From: Podarcis cretensis
Taxonomy: Eukaryota
Reading direction: 5' to 3'
DNA: 64,000 bases
NCBI GenBank assembly: GCA_951804945.1
Contig: OX638162.1
Coordinates: 41,416,001-41,480,000, forward strand
Shown: positions 37,056 to 49,830 of the stretch, piece by piece
Layout of the letters: every line of letters begins with the position of its first letter
How positions within the stretch are numbered: the first letter of the stretch is position 1
Position numbers and translations under genes: made by a program
The notes under the pieces: generated by a model
What the model was told of the DNA's origin: nothing
The model's input: only the letters and a program-made list of their open reading frames with translations
Database searches by the model: none

Positions 37056-37695
37056 GTAATATATCACTGGTTATAAATTGCCTGTCTCGCCACCTGTCAA
37101 TCTGCCCCTCTCCATTGCTTTTGCCCATCTCCCTCCTTTTCCTTCGTCATCTTTAATCTCCATCTTTAATGTCACTTATGGTGTGTGTTTCCCCCATACA
37201 TCATGGTTTATGTATGTGTATCTTCAGCCCTTCCTCCTGTGTCCATCCATCCCTTTTTATGTATCCCAGGTCCATTTCTACCTGTAGTATGTGTACAATG
37301 CTAACTGATGAGCCGTTCCAGCAGGCATGGGGAATTTGAGGCCCTACACATCTCGGACTACAACTCCCATCAACCCTCACCATCAACCATGCTGGATGGG
37401 GTAAATGGGAGTTGGAGTCCAGGAACATCTGGAGGTTCACCACCACCCCGCCATCAAAGGCTCAGATAATTGAAAAGAGCTTCAGTTCTCCCCAGACCAG
37501 ATGGAAGAGAATTAAAAGGGGGCGTGTTCTTCTTGATGCTTCCACATTAGAGTACAATGAACAAATGGATTTGGTCTGTGATAAGACTTGGAGAAGAAGG
37601 TGAAATAAATATTAATGGTGTATCCTTTGCACATCTACTCAGAAGTAAGCCCCACTGAGTTCATTGGGGCTTGCTCCCAGTTGAATGAGAGGGAG

Positions 37696-38046
37696 GGTGG
37701 CGCTGTGGGTTAAACCACAAAGCCTAGGACTTGCTGATCAGAAGTCGGCGGTTCGAATCCCCACGACAGGGTGAGCTCCCGTTGCTCGGTCCCTGCTCCA
37801 CCCAACCTAGCACTTCGAAAACACATCAAAGTGCAAGTAGATAAATAGGTACCGCTCCTGCGGGAAGGTAAACGGCATTTCCGTGTGCTGCTTTGGTTCA
37901 CCAGAAGCAGCTTAGTCATGCTGGCTACATGACCCGGAAGCTTTACGCCGGCTCCCTCGGCCAGTAAAGCGAGATGAGCGCCGCAACCCCAGAGTCGGCC
38001 ACGACTGGACCTAATGGTCAGGGGTCCCTTTACCTTTACCTTTACC
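37696..38046 (+). mobile_element. Sauria SINE, near full length
   Basis: ggtggcgctgtgggttaaacc...cctttacctttacctttacc. Approximate TSD tgagagggag / tgagagagag. Confidence 0.93.
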
Positions 38047-38226
38047 TGAGAGAGAGTCTGGTTGAACTCAGTGGGGCTTACTTCTGACTGAGGTGACATG
38101 CCTGGAATTGCACAGCAATTGTTGCTTTCGTTAGAATATTATTTTCTGTACAAACTCCCACTCAGAATTCTCTCTCTCTGTAAAACAGTTTAATTGAAAC
38201 TATTCCAAGAAATGTGTGAACTTCAA

Positions 38227-38268
<42 letters not shown>
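38227..38268. repeat. (ATT)n microsatellite
   Basis: 14 units read directly. Confidence 0.95.
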
Positions 38269-38269
<1 letters not shown>

Positions 38270-38825
38270 CTACTATTATTAATTAGTTGCCTTTCAGCAA
38301 ACTCCTGTAGGTAACATTCAGGGTCCTCATTTTCACATAACAGTGAGCCACAAGGAGAAGCAAACCATGGTTTACCAAAAACAGAAGAAGCTGCCTTCTA
38401 CTGAGTCAGCCCAGTGGTCCATCCAGCTCTATATTGTCTGCACTGATTGGCTGTGGCTCTTCAGAATTTCAGGCAGGGTACTCTTCCTGCCATATTTGGG
38501 AGATGCTGAGGATTGAACCTAGGACTACTGTGTGCAAAGCAGGTGCTCTACCACTGAGTTAGGATGCTTCCTTGTGTGCCTCCTCCACGAGAGGTCTGGA
38601 GGGTGACCACACAAGAACAGGCCTCTTCTGTGGTGGCTCCCCACCTTTGGAATGCTCTCCCCAGGGAGCCTCACCTGGTGCCTTCATTTTTATTTTTAAC
38701 AATAGTTTTTATTGGGGGGGGGGTTTGTGTTACAAACAGGGAATGCTGCATCTGTTTTCTCCACTTTCATTTCATCGTCCTTTTCACGGTTCATTTGGTG
38801 AGAGACATTTTTGTCATAGACACCT

Positions 38826-39500
38826 TACATCACCTTACAACACAAACAAGCTGCCTCATAGTACAATTGCAAGTCTGGCAGGGCAAAGCCTCCACTTCCT
38901 TTTGTATCTACTGAAATTTTATATTTAATTCTTGGCTTTCCCCCCTGCCAGATAAATTTGGGGGGGGGGGTCCATTCTTTGAAGCAACTTGCATTATTTA
39001 CCATCAGAATTGATTGGAATAAAATCAGCATCCTAATAAGTACATTCATTTTAACAACTGAAATTCTACCTAGCAGGGGAAGTTTCATCCTTCCCCAGGT
39101 CTCCAAGTCTTTCTTAACCTCTTTCCCCAATTTAATATAATTGTTTACAGATAAGTTGAGGTTCCTTGCTGTCAGCCGAATTCCCAAATATTTGACTTTT
39201 TTATCTATTTTTAAACCAGACAACCTTTCTGAAACGTTTTTTCAACTGCTCATCCATGTTTTTAACCAACATTTTGGTTGTGTCTGAATTTATTTTAAAA
39301 CCTGCCACTTCTCCAAACCTTTTAATTTCTTCTAGCACTTTGGGGACATTCTCTAATGGTTGTTCCAATGTTGACGCCACATCATCAGCAAATGCCCTTA
39401 ATTTATAGACTCTACATCCCACTCCAATACCTTTAATTCCCCTATTTCTCCTCATGTTCTGAAGCAATATTTCTAACGTCCAGATACAAATGGGGACCAT
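38826..39500 (-). mobile_element. L1-clade LINE ORF2 internal fragment (RT domain), frameshifted
   Basis: YKLRAFADDV...FGEVAGFKINSDTTKML (RT F/YADD), then KVKYLGIRLT...LLGRISVVKMNVL...KFIWQGGKPRIK...GGFALPDLQLYYEA. Confidence 0.92.
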
Positions 39501-39972
39501 TGGTCAGGGGTGATGGAGAGCTGGACTCCCAAAAATATGTGGAAGGCCCCGGATTCCCTGTGCCCCCATTCTAGGATGAATTGACAATTGCTTTGGATGC
39601 CCGTCATTCACAAAAGCAAAACTGAATACTGTAAATAGATGGAGCTTCCCAAAATGAAGTCTGTCTCAGGCTACAACCCGATACACACTTGCCTTGGAAG
39701 AGGACTTAACTTGTAAGCAAGCACAACTGGCATTCTATAGGTTTTTTTCTTTGCAATGAGTCAGTAAATGCTTTGCCACACGAAATGGAGAATATTTCCA
39801 CCGTGCCTCTCTCGGTGCCTCTTCCCGTTCCATCTGCACTTAAGGAACATTGGAGGAAGATAATGATGGGGAAAATGGCTGTATGGTTTATGCATGTGCA
39901 AATGTGTCAGAAGCCTTTTCATTAAATTTTCTCCTCCTTCTTGCTCCCCCACCCCACCCTGTTGCCTTAAAG

Positions 39973-40175
39973 CGCTCCAATTACCTGTACCGGCAAGTGC
40001 TCCAGTTTGCGAACCAGTATCCAAATGTGAAAGTTACTTCTTGGCGCATGGCAACGATCTGGGGAGGAGCGAGCCTTTTGACGACCTACTTGCAGAGTAT
40101 GCAGGATTTAATGGAAATGAAGGACTGGCAGTGGGATTTCTTCATTAACCTAAGTGCTGCGGACTACCCAATCAG
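39973..40175 (+). CDS. XYLT1: Xylosyltransferase 1, exon 5, 203 bp, phase 0 to 2
   Basis: Acceptor ccttaaag|CGC, donor AG|gtacag. Translates [67 protein letters not shown](R). Confidence 0.97.
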
Positions 40176-41550
40176 GTACAGTGATTCACTCCTTTTGGAA
40201 CTAGTTATGGTTTCCTTGTTATAAGAATTGCCTTGGCTGGATCTGACTTAGGGTTCTTCTAACCCAGTGATGTGTTTCAACAACCAAATAGTTTCAACAA
40301 CCTTCCAAGAAGCAAGGCAGTAGTTCAGGCATGGCCAGCTTAAAGTATCAGCATTGTTATTTCAATATGTATGATGCTTTTCTACCCAGGTATGTCCAAA
40401 GTGGCTTACAACACGATAGCAAATAAAATACATCTCAATGCATCATTACAGTAATAAGCAGACTAATAGCAACTCATTTCAAAACATAACTTGACAATCC
40501 AATTTTCTTTTAAAATCATTTGGATAATAACAACATTGTAACATTTAAAATTCATTATAGAATGGGCAATGATCATTAAAATGAAAATGAATTTGTATAT
40601 TTTTGTGCTGAAATATAGAAAACTAGAATAAGAAAAGATGTAACTTTTCAGTGCAGACAGGTATTAATAAATGGTATAACCAGGAGCCAATTCATCAAAA
40701 ACACCAAGTGCATGAAATAGCATCCAGCTTGCTTATACAAGGGCTGCCAACCTGGCACCCGTGGGCACAGAGATGCTTCCAGAAGCCTTCCCTAGTGCCC
40801 AAAAAGATTGCCAGCCCCTTCCTCAGAGCCTGCAGCAGACGATCTCTCAATGTTCCACTCACTAAGGCCAAATCTGCACTATACATTTAAAGCAGTGTGA
40901 TGCCACTTTAAACTATTATGGCTTCCCCCAGAGAATTCTTGGAGCCATAGTTCATTAAGGGTGGTGAGAGTTGTTTGAAGACCCCCTGTTTCCCCTTCAC
41001 GTTTCCTAGAACTCCCTGGGAAGAAGGATTAACTATTGAACCACTCTGGGTGTGTTTAGTGGGGGAAGGTGGAGTTTGACCTCCGCTTTGCTTGACCTTG
41101 CCTTTACCCTCTGCTTTGTCGGACATTACCTTGCTAGCACTTGACCTTTCTTTGACCAAACTTTCCTTGACCTGGTTCTGGAACAGGCCTGGTAGTATGT
41201 GGCCGGATGTCCCCTGACTCTAGAATTCTGTCCTGCAGTTGAGGTCACTACCTGGGACAAAGCCAAAATGTCTTATAAAGGACCCATAGCTTTGCATCCG
41301 TTTTGCATGCAAAGGGCCCCAGGTCCAGTAGGGCTAGGAGAGATTCCCTCTCTGATACTCTGGAGAGCCCTTACCAGTCAATGTAGAAAATACCGAGCTT
41401 TATGGAGCATTGGTCTATGTTCCTAAAAATAAGAGCTAATCAAAAGTGGAACAATTCTGCCTTGGCAGGTTGGGTGATGTTCTCTGATGAAGATATTTAA
41501 ACAGATACTGACGGGGTGCTGTAATTGCAAACTCCCTGCATTGCAGATCC

Positions 41551-41595
41551 ATAATAATAATAATAATAATAATAATAGTAATAATAATAATAATA
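41551..41595. repeat. (TAA)n microsatellite
   Basis: About 15 units with one variant. Confidence 0.93.
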
Positions 41596-43429
41596 GAATG
41601 CTAGGTGAGGTTGTTTAGAAAACCCCTTTATGTACTCCAGATGGGCTTGATAGACTCTTTAACTGCAAACAAGCTGATGGCTGGTCTTTAAGGAAAGGTC
41701 AAACCAAATAATATGCAAGTCAGGGGAGTTGTTTTGTGCTGTCAGAAGATGCATTTGCTTCTTAGCTCTTATCCAGAGTACAGGCTTCTCTCTGTTCTGG
41801 GTAGTGAATTTCCCGGTAAGAAGGAATGTTCTTCTTGTTTGTTTTTAAACTGTACCCAGAGGTGCCCTAAGGTCGGAATCAAGGAGGTTGGTTTGTCCTT
41901 TCTGTTCCTGCCTACCCTCAAAGGGAGGAGGGTGGGGAGGCGGGAGGCGGGTGACGTTAAATCTGGCAGCTTCGAGAAAAGCCACTTCTTTCACAGTGTC
42001 ACGGTTGGGCTGTGGGCAGCAGTCTGGGGTGAGCTGGGAATAGGGGTGGAGGGAAAATCCTATTCAGTTTGCATTTAAAGGTGAGCCAACTGAATTTGCA
42101 CTTTCTGGAACAAATAGGAGAAAAGAAACACAGCCAGCCTTCGCAATCTGCACTTCTCTGAATTTTGCAGTGCCAAATAAATGTTTACCAGAATGCATAT
42201 GCTGGAGTAAAGCGTGCATAAAAATGCATCTATTAATGAAAATAACACACACACACACACAAATGAATTGCATGGGAGAAAGTTGTTTTGCAATAATGTG
42301 TATATTAGGAGAGGTTCGTGCTAAAATGCTGATGAATTTTTAAGAGTTGGGGGGGTGCTTTTTTTTTTTTTTTTTACAAAAGCAAACTAATGTGAAGAAC
42401 TTAAGACTGAGAAACAATGGGAAACCAAAATGGGCAGATTCACTCACCCTAGTTGGGAACCGACAGCTGTAGGGCAAGCTGGCAGCCAGAGCCAAAGGAC
42501 AAGTGAGTCAGGATTGATGGTCCACAGAGGCAAGACCACAGAATAACAAAGGATGCAGGAGCACACCTAAGCTCAGGAAGACCATGTTGCTCAAAAAATA
42601 GATGGGGAACCTTTTTCAGACTGAGGGCCACATTCTCTTCTAGGCTACCCTTCAAGGGCCACTTGCCAGTGGTGAGTGGGGCCAGATCCAAAACTGGGTG
42701 GAGCAATTGTTTTAAATTGCACAGCCTAAATGTCCTGCATCACCCCAGCAATCAGTCAACATTATTTGGCCATTGTGCAGGGATAAGTCATATTTTGACT
42801 ACAAAGGCACTCTTCTCTGAACACCAGGAGTAATTAAAATGTCTGCCAAAGGAGAGTCCCCACAAAAGCATGATGTTGACCCTCCCCCCCCCAAAAAAAA
42901 AGGGCAGATGAGGCATTGATAACCCGCCTCTCAAAAAACATTGATTCAAACTTTTCTTTTCAGAACTTTCTGTCCAGAATTTAAGACCATTGTGTCTAAT
43001 AGCTGTATTGACTAATCCTCCTGATAACAAGAAAAAAGCAAGACTAAACGATGAGTGTTTATTGTCTCAGTGAAACCACAGTGGACAGATTGCCTGACAC
43101 CACTCTGTTGACTTAAGTTGTTTGCTAAATGTGATAAGCAAAGCTGTAATTTACATTGAAGCGCTGCTGTTCAGCTTTCACACTAGCTTTGCAAAACCTT
43201 GAAGGGGAGAAAAGTTATTTTATAAAATGCAGAAATGATTGGATGCCTTGCGGGGAAAGTTCCCTAGTTAACCTAGCTGTCATAAAATAAAATAAAAAAT
43301 GTAATGGCAATGGGAAATGAATCCAGTTGGCTAGAGATGCACATTTCAAATGCTGTGCTTCCTTGTTTGCAGTATTCAGTGACTGAATGTGCTTTACTGA
43401 GTTAGGCTGCAGGCACAAAGCCAATGAGA

Positions 43430-43955
43430 ATCTGCTCTATTCTGCCTTGGTCAGACCCCACCTGGAGTCCTTTGTCCTGGGCAGCACAGTTTATGAAGGA
43501 TATGGACAAGCTGGAACATGTGCAAAGGAGGGTGACCAAGATGGTCAAGGGTCTGGAAACCAAGCCTTATGAGGAACAATTGAGAGAGTTTGGTACATTT
43601 AGCCTCTAGAAGAGAAGACTGAGAGGTGAAATGATGGCCATCAAATACCTGAAATGATATCTGGATGATGGAGCAAGCTTGTTTTCTGCTGCTCCAGAGG
43701 GTAGGACCCAAACAAGTGAATTCAAATGACAAGAAATGAGATTCCGACTAAACGTTAGGAAGATCTTTCTGATGGTAAGAGCTGTTCAGCAGTGGAATAG
43801 AGTACTTTGGAAGGTGATGGACTCTTCCTTCATTGGAGGTTTTTAAACAGGTTGAATGGCCATCGGTCAGGGAGTGTTTAGCTGTGATGGCTCCATTGCA
43901 GGAAGTTGGATTAGATTACCCTTGGAGTCCCTTCTCACTCTACAATTCTATTCTA
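43430..43955 (+). mobile_element. CR1 LINE 3' end (ORF2 C-terminus and tail)
   Basis: [12 protein letters not shown] / [37 protein letters not shown], ending ctctacaattctattcta. Confidence 0.92.
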
Positions 43956-44146
43956 ACTGGTCTGCTCCCCTTACTAACCTCCTAGCAAGCTGATATATGG
44001 ATTTTCACCTACCACCTTAAAGAAGGAACATCAGGTAGCTGTTGGTGGATCAGCCTAGGACGAGGCAATCTGGGTTCAGTCCCCACTCATCCACGAAGCT
44101 TACTGGGCATGCATGAGTTAGACAACACTAATTTAACACTCTCTCA

Positions 44147-44610
44147 CTTGATGACATCCTAGTTTATTCTGATGCCCCAGAATTCCATGTTCAGCCTGTA
44201 CATTTGTCCATCAACACCCCAGAGAAAACAGACTTTACACAAAGCTGGAGAAGTGTGCTTTTGGCCTGACTCAAGTTGAATTTGGGGGGTTGTTACCACC
44301 CCCAAGTCATTAAAATTGATCCCCGAAAAGTTCAGGCTGTCCACACCAAGATTTGTGAAGGTGCCCAACATTTACCTGGCTTCACAGATTATTACTGGTG
44401 CTTTATCCTCAAATTTGCCACAATATTCATTTCATTGACAGATTTGTTGTGAAGTCAGTCCATCTTCGACTGGGCCCCTGCAGCTCAAAGTGCTTTTCTC
44501 AACCTCAAACAGGAGTTCACCATGGCATCTATGCTTGTCAACTCAGATCAGACAGAACCATTCATTTCCAATGCCTCCACTGTGGTTGTTGGGGCAGTCT
44601 TACACCAATC
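44147..44610 (+). mobile_element. Decayed Ty3/Gypsy pol fragment (RT to RNase H)
   Basis: Read across frameshifts: LDDILVYS, RENRLYTKLEKCAFGLTQVEF, IDPRKVQAV, QHLPGFTDYYWCFILKFA, FDWAPAAQSAFLNLKQEFTMASML...PFISNASTVVVGAVLHQ. Confidence 0.85.
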
Positions 44611-44927
44611 TCAACTTCTCCATCCATGTACATGTTTTTTCTTGAGAACCGCCCCCCCCCCTTGCAGGATGCATCTTGCTTGTAGAAATGTGTGCATTAG
44701 TCAAAACTGCATATTGAAAATGTGTTTATTTGCACTAAAATGCTGATGAACTTCCATGAGGATTCTTTAGAAAAGAAAAGAAAGTATAAATGGCTGCAAA
44801 ATGTGGACAGCTGAATTTAAGATTCGGGAGGGGGGGAATATTGGGTTGTTTTTGTTATGTATTTTGTGTTTTTATATTGTGACTTTATGTTGTGAACTGC
44901 CCTGAGACCTGTAGGATTAGGGGAGTA

Positions 44928-45176
44928 CAGTCGTACCTTGGATCCCAAACACCTTGTACTTGGACGTTTTGAATCCCGAACGCCGCAAACCCAGAAGTGA
45001 GTGTTCCAGTTTGTGGACATTCTTTGGAACCCAAACATCCAACGGGACTTCCGCAGCTTCCAATTAGCTGCAGGAGCTTCCTGCAGCCAATCAGAAGCCG
45101 CGCTTTGGTTTCCGAAATTTTTGGAAGTCGAATGGACTCCCGGGACGGATTCTGTTTGTCTTCCAAGGTACGACTG
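44928..45176. mobile_element. Tc1/mariner (Tigger-like) MITE inserted in an L2 tail
   Basis: TA|cagtcgtaccttgga ... tccaaggtacgactg|TA. Confidence 0.9.
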
Positions 45177-46867
45177 TATACATATTTAATAAATAATAAT
45201 AATTTTTTAAAAAATGAAAAATGAGAGAACCAAAATGGACAGATCCTTCCATCCCTGCCTGGGACTCTCTGCATTAAAAGGGGGCCCACTTTCTCTGCAG
45301 GCCCACAAGAACAGGAATGAATCTCATTGAAGCAAACTTTTCCCTCCACCCACTGCCACCCAAAAAAGTATCAACTGAACAATCTGTGGAAACCCAGGCA
45401 AAACCCAGCCTTTGTTGTTAAAGCAAACATTTTCTTCCCGTCAGTGAAATGAAGAGGAAGCAATGAAGGAAAGGGGGAAGTATCGAGGTTAGGAAGCTAG
45501 TCCAAAGAATTGCAAAGCACATCCCACCATGTTGATATGAGAGAGGGAGGGAATTAAATGAAAATCCTTTCACAGGCAGGCCAGGCCATTGGTGGTGCCT
45601 CACCTGTGTCCACAGCTCTTCCATTTCATTTTGGAATTGGGAAAGGCTGGCCAGGCCATGGCTTATTAATACCGCAATCCAGACAGAACAGGTGGTGTTC
45701 ATTTCTGAGCATTCATTCAGCGCTTCTGACCTTCAGGATGCCTCATCCATACCAGCCACACAGGGAAGGGCTGTAGCTCAGTGGCAGAGCATCTTCCTTC
45801 CATACCAAAGGTTCCAGATTCTATCCCCAGCATCTCCCGGTAGCGCTGGGTGAAACTTCCACACACAATACCCTTCCGCAAACAGTCCCTTAGCAAGCAC
45901 CACGTGCCAGAATGATGTGTACATCCAGCCACAAAGCAGCGTGTTTTCATTCATCGTAAGATTTCACTGCCCTGTTTAAAAAGATGCCAAACACTCTGGT
46001 GAAACCCTGATAAGCTTTGAATAGCCACTGGGACTTCGAGTTTATCCAGAATACACACCGCATATTTTCCTTTCCATCACTGAAGAGCCAGAGCAAAATC
46101 TTGGGCTGTCGCTATCAGCACTCCCCACCCAGCCAACGCTTCGCCCAGCCCCATGATCACTTTCCCAACCGAGTGCGCTCAGAAGATCCCAGCCCCTCCT
46201 TCTTGCAGGAACACACAGAAACGATTCTGATGCCATTTTATCTGCCTGCGTTGCAGCTTTGCACCAGGGTGATGCTTCTTTCCTGCTGTGAAAGCAAGGA
46301 GAAATATATTTTGCTATATGATTGCCATGCCGGTTAAAAAAACCCAAAACCACACCAAGAGAGGGTTTCCCAAATCCTTATCTTTGTTCTACAGATGTTG
46401 GGGTTGCAAATCCTGGCTTGCAGCCAAAATTCACTCCCAAAATTAGGATGGGCTGCCTCTTACTGCACTTCAAACTCATGAAAAGCTGGGGTATGGGGAA
46501 TGAGGCATTGTGTCATCCATTAAAAAACAAAACAAAACCAGGGTTGGCATCACTAGAGCAGCATCCAGGGTCCAAGCACCCCAGGAGGGCACACAGATGA
46601 GGCCCAGTCCTCTGATCACAGGCCTGACTTCTCTGGCAGCAGTGGCAGGGTCTCAGAAGCAGCCCAGCATTTCACATTTCCTGTTAGTCACCCAAGAGAT
46701 GTTGGCATGGAGGGCAACTGAAATGACAGGCAGTTTGCAACTACCTCCCATAAGTGATGCTGCCCACCACCACCAATAAGTGAAGTGTGGAAGCCAATGA
46801 TTTCAAGAGGGAAATGACACTCTGCAGGTGATTGAGGGGCAGGGGCTTAAAACTGAAGCCAGCTCCT

Positions 46868-47178
46868 GGCCACACCCGCACCATACATTTAAAGCAGTAT
46901 CATAGCACTTGAAGCAGTCATGACTTTCCCCCAAGGAATCCTGAGAGCTGTAGTGTGTTAAGGGTGCTAAGAGTTGTTTGGAGACTCCTATTCCCTGTAC
47001 AGATTTCACGGGGAGAATAGATTTACCGTTATACTGTTCTAGAAACTGGAGTTATAAGAGGGGAATAGGGGTCTCCTTGGTACCCTTAAGAAACCACAGC
47101 TCCCAGAATTCTTTTGGGGAAGTCATGACTGTTTAAAGCGGTCTAAGGGTGGTTTAAATGTGTAGCGCAAATGGGGTC
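46868..47178. mobile_element. Harbinger-like foldback MITE
   Basis: Long imperfect arms ggccacacccgcaccatacatttaaa...tttaaatgtgtagcgcaaatggggtc. Family copies at about 293-370, 40865-41050, 54912-55078, 55550-55792, 59815-59977 and 63333-63647. Confidence 0.7.
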
Positions 47179-48429
47179 TTAGTTAACTAAGCTATTGGGA
47201 ATTGGAACAGTTCCCAATCCATAGATGGTACCCTCCAGGCAGCAGTTTATGGTGGGTCCAGCACCTTGGAGAGCTCAGAGTGATCAAGTTGCTCCTGCAA
47301 AGGTTGGAGGTGAATTGAGGAGGAGCTGCTATTAAAATGCCACCATAAATGTCCTTGATGTTCACTGGGGTCCTCCAAATTAGCTGCAAGGTGGAAGTTT
47401 CTGGACAGGTAAAAGGAAGCCATCCTTCACATAGCACAAAGATAAGCCAACAGCCACTGTGGGAAACTGGACTTTGGCCTTTATATAAGATTTTGGATTT
47501 GATCCAGCAGGACTGTGGTGCATTGGTGACACCATATATCTAGATGCTGCTGTCAACCGGCCATGGAAGCAATCTCCATGGGACAGACTGTGTCCGCCAG
47601 GGATGATGGGAGCTGTAGTTCAGCATCTAAGTAAAAAAAGCGTGTGCATGAGCTTGCGTTTTAAGCCATTATTATTAGCGATATTCAGTTTAGAAAAGGT
47701 TCCGGGCCTATTAAGAAATACTTACTTGGCACTAGGAGGCGGGATTGCCCCCACCTCATTAACCAAAGACATTTCAAGGTTCCTTAGGATATAATCATAA
47801 AACATTCCAAGCAAATGAAGTTCTGCTTTCTAAGGATAATGAGACATTGAAGGTCTTTATGAACTCTCAGCTTGAATAAAACTAATACCCCTAGTTAGAT
47901 GAAGAAACCCCCAATAGAGGATTTTCATCGGTGACTGAGCCTCTGTTTTCCTTTCTTTCCAATAGAGCATTTACATATCACAGCATTTTTTGGGCTGAAG
48001 TCCAGGAAATAGTTTTAATTTTAAACTCATCTTCTTCTCTTACCCTTGCCACATTCTCTCCTAGTCCTCCCTGGGTTGTCATGTAACCTAATCTGATGTT
48101 TGGTTTTTGCTTTGTTTTTTAATGTAGTCTTCAAAAACTTTTCTCAGTTTAAACTTGGCCACCTGCGGAATGATACGTTTAGAAAAAGAGCCTCCAAGGT
48201 TTTCAAAGTGGGTTCCTTGGAGTAGTAAAAGACTGGTACACCTTTTTACGAGCAAGCGCAGCCCGATATCAATGGCTGCTGACCACAATGGCTATGTTCT
48301 GCCTCCACTGCCAAAGGTATTATGTCTCAGAATAGCAGCTGCTGGTAGTCGGAGACAGAGAGAGTGCTGCTGTGCTCAAGTTGCTCATACGGGGGAACCA
48401 CCACCTGCTGTTTATAGCATAATAATAAA

Positions 48430-48925
48430 ATAATAATATTTTATTTATTTATACCCCGTCCTTCCTGGTTCAGAAAACTGTGCTCAGGGTGGCTAACAAC
48501 AAATTTAAAACACTTAATTGATGCAACAAAAAAAGCAGCATAAAATACAGTATAAAACGTGAATAACAATAAATTCAGAATTCAAAAATCAATTTAGGGG
48601 GGAAATCCATCCAATAAACATTAGATGATCACCAGGACTAGCTGGCTAAATTAGTCCTATTTGGGCCAGCCAGCAAGGAGACCAGGGGAGAATTAGCTGT
48701 GGGATCCCAGAGCAGGTAATCTTCATAAAAAGGGGAGGGGGAGGGAAGGAAGGGAAATAAAAGATCAGGTTAAGGTGAAATTGAAAGCCAGGCAGAATTG
48801 CTCTGCCTTATAGGCACTGCAGAATGAAGTTAAATCCTACAGGGCCCTGGTCTCATGGGACAGAGCATTCCACCAGGTTGGAGCCATCACTGAGAAGGCC
48901 CTGGCCCTGGTAGAGGATAATCTGA
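48430..48925 (-). mobile_element. L2 LINE 3' end
   Basis: tttatttatttataccccgtccttcc tail, and minus-strand ARAFSVMAPTWWNALSHETRAL. Confidence 0.8.
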
Positions 48926-49830
48926 GAACGTAAGAAGAGCTCTGCTGTATTGGGCCAGAAGACTTCTCATAGCAAACAACTAGATTCCCCAGTGGGAAGT
49001 CGGCAAGCAGGACTGAGCACAACAGCACTCTCCCTACACGTGATTCCCAGAAACTGGCATTAAGACAGTGGAAGTAGCCTCAATGTTTCTCAACCTAACC
49101 TACCTAATGGTTTGGGGCAGGGGACTTGGTAGTGTGCCTACAGAGGAAAGTTAGGATGTACTAGGGTTGCCATAGGACATCCTAAGGAAAAGTGGGATAT
49201 TCCGAGATCAAATCAGAACTGGGATGGCTTCTGTAAAGCTGGGATTGGCCCTGGAAAATAGGGACACTTGGAGGCTCTGAGAGTCAATTCCCCAAAGCCT
49301 GTTGGAACAAGAAGTCACCTGTCAGAAGAAGACCAACAAGGAGGGAGCTAGTCTAGCTTCTCTAGGGAAGGACTTCCAAATTCCAGGAGCAGCCAGCTTC
49401 TCCTGCTTTTTTCACTGGGGCTATTCTATAGATTTGGGATTTTTGTTGTTGTAAGTGTTCTTTTTATATTTTGGTATTACGCTTTATGGGTTGTATTCCA
49501 CTCAGTCCTGCTCAGGTTAGACCTGTCGCAATTACTGGCCCAGAGGACCATGTTCATTCATTTCAATGGCTCTGGACTGAGTAGGATTAGCACTGAGTTG
49601 TATTCAATGCTAGTCCTACTCAGAACTATACCCATTGAGATTCATGGACATAACAAACTTCAGTTGACATTAATGAGCCTGTTGGGTATATTCAGTGGAT
49701 AGCTAGAAACTGGAAAGAAGTACATCTAAACAGATGTACAAGAATGGTATAACATAATTTGGGACATAGCATTTAATGAAAAACTGATGCAATAAATTTC
49801 TGTGGGTAAAGGGAGGGAACTGAAGAGACT

